IMG/VR virus record: IMGVR_UViG_3300006736_000006
Reading direction: 5' to 3' (one strand)
Length of the DNA: 20,000 nucleotides
Origin: an uncultured virus (IMG/VR IMGVR_UViG_3300006736_000006)
Lineage: Duplodnaviria; Heunggongvirae; Uroviricota; Caudoviricetes
Every line of letters begins with the position of its first letter. The first letter of the stretch is position 1. The notes beneath the pieces are model-generated. The model saw nothing but the letters and a program-made list of their open reading frames with translations. It was not told where the DNA came from and did not search any database. Positions 17,205-20,000 of the stretch are shown here, in pieces. The position numbers and the translations under genes are program-made.

Positions 17205-17738
17205 TTTAATTCCAGAGGAAGCTATTACATACGCGTCGGCGGCATCGTAGCATCCTGGCTCTAATATTATATTTCCTTTTCTTGGGCCAGATTTTAATTT
17301 TTTTGTCGGCCATTTAAAATTTATCTGGTTAGAGACCCATTGATGTACTTGTTCTTTAGTGGGTGCTCCTCCTTTTGATTTTCTTATGATTTTTAATCCT
17401 ACAGACTTTCTAGCTATATTGACATTAATATATGATGGCTCACAAAAAAACTCTTGCTGTGATAGATACCCAACTATTCCATTAAATCGCGCCAGAGTCA
17501 GTAGCGTCTTTGCAGAAGAGAGGCCTGGTCGAAAAGCCTGTAAGTTCTCTTCTATAAACACGTCTGTGATATCATAGCTTATGTTAAGTGATGATAGAGA
17601 TTCTTGAACTATTTGGGCCTTTTCAAATAAATTTTTTTCCTTAGATAGCGAAATATAACCTAGATTTACAAACGATCCATCTTCATCTAATATACACCAT
17701 CCCGTGCATGCTGTGGAAACATCTAATCCAAGAATCAA
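17193..17738 (-). CDS. RuvC-like Holliday junction resolvase
   Basis: ILGLDVSTACTGW (first catalytic Asp), VFIEE, TKEQV, DAADAYVIA (C-terminal Asp pair). TTG start with AAGGA upstream. Confidence 0.88.
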   Translation of the reverse strand: MILGLDVSTACTGWCILDEDGSFVNLGYISLSKEKNLFEKAQIVQESLSSLNISYDITDVFIEENLQAFRPGLSSAKTLLTLARFNGIVGYLSQQEFFCEPSYINVNIARKSVGLKIIRKSKGGAPTKEQVHQWVSNQINFKWPTKKLKSGPRKGNIILEPGCYDAADAYVIASSGIKLNS

Positions 17739-17739
17739 T

Positions 17740-20000
17740 TTAAAAATCCTTTTTAAATTTAATCAAAAACTCATCACTTCTTCGCTTCTTGATGGGTTGT
17801 GCTAGGTTAGATCTCATTATAACATTTAAATTATCATCATGTAGGTTTAATCCGGTGATGTACACAAAATCAGGATCATATTCATTTGGATCAAGAGATG
17901 CTGATATAGGCTTAAACACTGGATTAGATGAAGAATTAAACATTCCTACACCCGCCGGAATATTAACTGTTAACATGTGAATATTTTGCTCGCCCTTACA
18001 TTTTAATTCAAATTCATCCTTTCCAAAAAATGGAATATTTGGAGACTTGATAACAGCCACACCCTCATTGTAAAGAACAGTTCCCACATTTGCCCAAGTC
18101 GGGTGTGTTGTCAATGCATCTGCTCTAAACAGGCCACCCCTCCCATTATCTTTAAGTGATATTCTAACTTTTCCTCCGGATCCGGTTACATTAGGGTCTG
18201 TTATAAAAAGTGATCCAGGAAGTATTCTATTTCCATAGAATAAATTAGACATATCAAAGACAGTCACCTCATTTGAGCTTGGGTCTAATGTTCTATCATA
18301 AATAGTTAAGACTGGACCGACTGAGGTTTCTATTCCACCAAGATCTGTAGGCGTGCATCCCGCTACAGCTTCTGAAATTTCTTGAGGAAGGAGCGGAAGA
18401 GCTGCAGAATCAGGGACCATATCATTAATATTGATTACAGAGAGGTCAATTCCACCCAATATATTTGTAAATTGTGACATATTTGTGCTGACTGATCCGC
18501 TTGTGAGAAGATCAAAGTCTGGAACAAACCTTCCATTGTCATTTGGAAGAACTGTTAGGTTTCTTTTTCTTGTTGATCCTGATGCATACACATACCCATT
18601 TGCTGTTATATCCAGCACTGTATGATCTAACGTAGATGCCGTTAAATTATAAAGTCTAGGATAATACCCTTTAACAAATTCTCTACTAAAGTTTTCTAAA
18701 TTAAGAAGTCTTCCTCCCACACCAAAAGAAAAATTAACATTGAACGGATCAGTAGGTGCCTTTCTCTCAGTCTGAAAAGGTGTTATTAAAACATTTCTCT
18801 CTCTAGACTCTTTGGCAAAAAAAGGCGGCACATAAAATAATAGGTCTTTTGTATCTGATCTTCCTGATGATATATTCTGCTTTATCTCATCACCATTTAA
18901 ATCTCTATCGAATATTTTAATATCATGAATCTCTGCATTTAGTGGATGATCAAGATCAAAAAATATGGGATCGTTAGTAAGGCCCGCTGTTTTTGGAAAA
19001 AATCCTTCTCGGGAAGCTGCTGTAGTATTAAAAAACTTAGCCTCATTGTCCCATCCTTCATAATAATTTCCCAAAACTAACGCCTCTGAAGATACATGCT
19101 TCGGAGGAAGTATTGAGGAAGATGGCACAGAAAATGGATAATGATCATTATCTATCCAGATGCTTCCTGTTCCATCACTTACACTCTTTCCTCCCCACGC
19201 TATGGAGACATGATGCCAATTATTTTTACTTAAAGAATTATCAGCTGTTACAAAAATCAAATCTTCAGGATACGATCTTGTATTGTTTTTTGTATTTAAA
19301 TTTACCCTAGATGGTCGTCTATCTGCACTATGACTAAGTTGAAGTAATATTCTATATCCACTTACATTCCCATCTCCATCTCTGCCGCTTCCCGAAACTA
19401 ATGATACAGCAAATGCTGAAGAAAGATGCATAATCGTTCCGGCTTTGAAGTCTTTTCCGGGATCGTTTGTATATCTTGGGTTTATATAAAAATCTATTGT
19501 AAAAGATCCAGTCGGGTAATACGGCCTTGTCTCTCCTGCCTTTCTTTGAGCATTTGAGTATATTAGTGCTGAATCAGATGGAACTAGTGAAGAAGTAAAA
19601 AAGTTAAGAGTATGATAGTTTGTATACACAAATTGACAATTATCATAACTAGAAGCATAGTATGGCATCAAAATATTTCTTACTATACTTTTTGCTGCTG
19701 TGTTCAGATTAAATAAGTATGGTGGGTCGAATCTTACAACATTAAATCGTTTTGAGTTTCTAGCGATTTGAGATGATGAATTAACTATCTCCATATAGTC
19801 AGACATGCTTGACCTAAGATCATAGCCTGTTCCAGCTTCAATTGCCTCAATTGCTGTTCTAGAAATATTTTCTAAATCAATTGCTGCCGCATAATCTTCC
19901 TCATTAAACCCTGGAACACCAGAGCTTTCTGCATCATACGAATTCTCTCCCCATTGAGAAGGATCTATTAGATTTTTAAAACACTTGCTAGGCCTAGCAG
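17740..20000 (-). CDS. Large virion structural (tail/baseplate-type) protein with a LamG/concanavalin-A-like domain; 5'-truncated
   Basis: LamG-type pattern FTIDFYINP...WHHVSIAW...LVLGN...AEIHDIKIFDRDL, and C-terminal YITGLNLHDDNLNVIMRSNLAQPIKK. The frame has no stop between 19806 and the window edge, so the true start is probably outside the window. Confidence 0.7.
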   Translation of the reverse strand, partial: ARPSKCFKNLIDPSQWGENSYDAESSGVPGFNEEDYAAAIDLENISRTAIEAIEAGTGYDLRSSMSDYMEIVNSSSQIARNSKRFNVVRFDPPYLFNLNTAAKSIVRNILMPYYASSYDNCQFVYTNYHTLNFFTSSLVPSDSALIYSNAQRKAGETRPYYPTGSFTIDFYINPRYTNDPGKDFKAGTIMHLSSAFAVSLVSGSGRDGDGNVSGYRILLQLSHSADRRPSRVNLNTKNNTRSYPEDLIFVTADNSLSKNNWHHVSIAWGGKSVSDGTGSIWIDNDHYPFSVPSSSILPPKHVSSEALVLGNYYEGWDNEAKFFNTTAASREGFFPKTAGLTNDPIFFDLDHPLNAEIHDIKIFDRDLNGDEIKQNISSGRSDTKDLLFYVPPFFAKESRERNVLITPFQTERKAPTDPFNVNFSFGVGGRLLNLENFSREFVKGYYPRLYNLTASTLDHTVLDITANGYVYASGSTRKRNLTVLPNDNGRFVPDFDLLTSGSVSTNMSQFTNILGGIDLSVININDMVPDSAALPLLPQEISEAVAGCTPTDLGGIETSVGPVLTIYDRTLDPSSNEVTVFDMSNLFYGNRILPGSLFITDPNVTGSGGKVRISLKDNGRGGLFRADALTTHPTWANVGTVLYNEGVAVIKSPNIPFFGKDEFELKCKGEQNIHMLTVNIPAGVGMFNSSSNPVFKPISASLDPNEYDPDFVYITGLNLHDDNLNVIMRSNLAQPIKKRRSDEFLIKFKKDF

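Noticed and set aside
395..17738. Stop-codon reassignment, as seen in some large phages
   Set aside because: Genes are full-length in the standard code, and TAG (395, 7278, 17193), TGA (3833, 8720) and TAA all end genes at sensible boundaries.
1032..19310. Numerous short plus-strand and nested alternative-frame ORFs in the ORF track (e.g. 2588-3127, 4377-4784, 11846-12136)
   Set aside because: All overlap well-supported minus-strand genes and have the Ser/Pro/Leu-rich composition typical of shadow ORFs, with no recognisable motifs.
19804..19806. ATG at 19806 as the start of the LamG protein
   Set aside because: No convincing SD, and the frame stays open to the window end, so the gene probably starts outside the window.

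Overview
This window is a 20-kb piece of a large tailed dsDNA phage with a T4-like head module; every credible gene is on the minus strand. In transcription order (right to left) it encodes: a LamG-domain virion protein (5'-truncated), a RuvC-like resolvase, a DnaG/gp61-like primase, a single-chain Mre11-Rad50 (SbcD-SbcC, gp47-gp46) fusion, a small Zn-finger protein, a hypothetical protein, terminase large subunit (gp17), portal (gp20), a hypothetical protein, prohead protease (gp21), four small low-complexity proteins, an acidic scaffold (gp22 position) and the major capsid protein (gp23-like, large insertion). After the capsid gene come a strong intrinsic terminator, a divergent tubulin/FtsZ-family GTPase, and a 3'-truncated gene with a structured leader. 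The most notable points are: (1) the tubulin/FtsZ homologue next to a T4-type capsid gene, with a long acidic N-terminal arm and no C-terminal tail; (2) a leader hairpin with a self-complementary CGCCGGCG loop abutting a Shine-Dalgarno; (3) the Mre11-Rad50 fusion with a non-canonical Cys hook; (4) a recurring intergenic motif ATA(T/A)(T/G)TA that may be a late promoter. All calls come from motif recognition by eye; no database searches were run.
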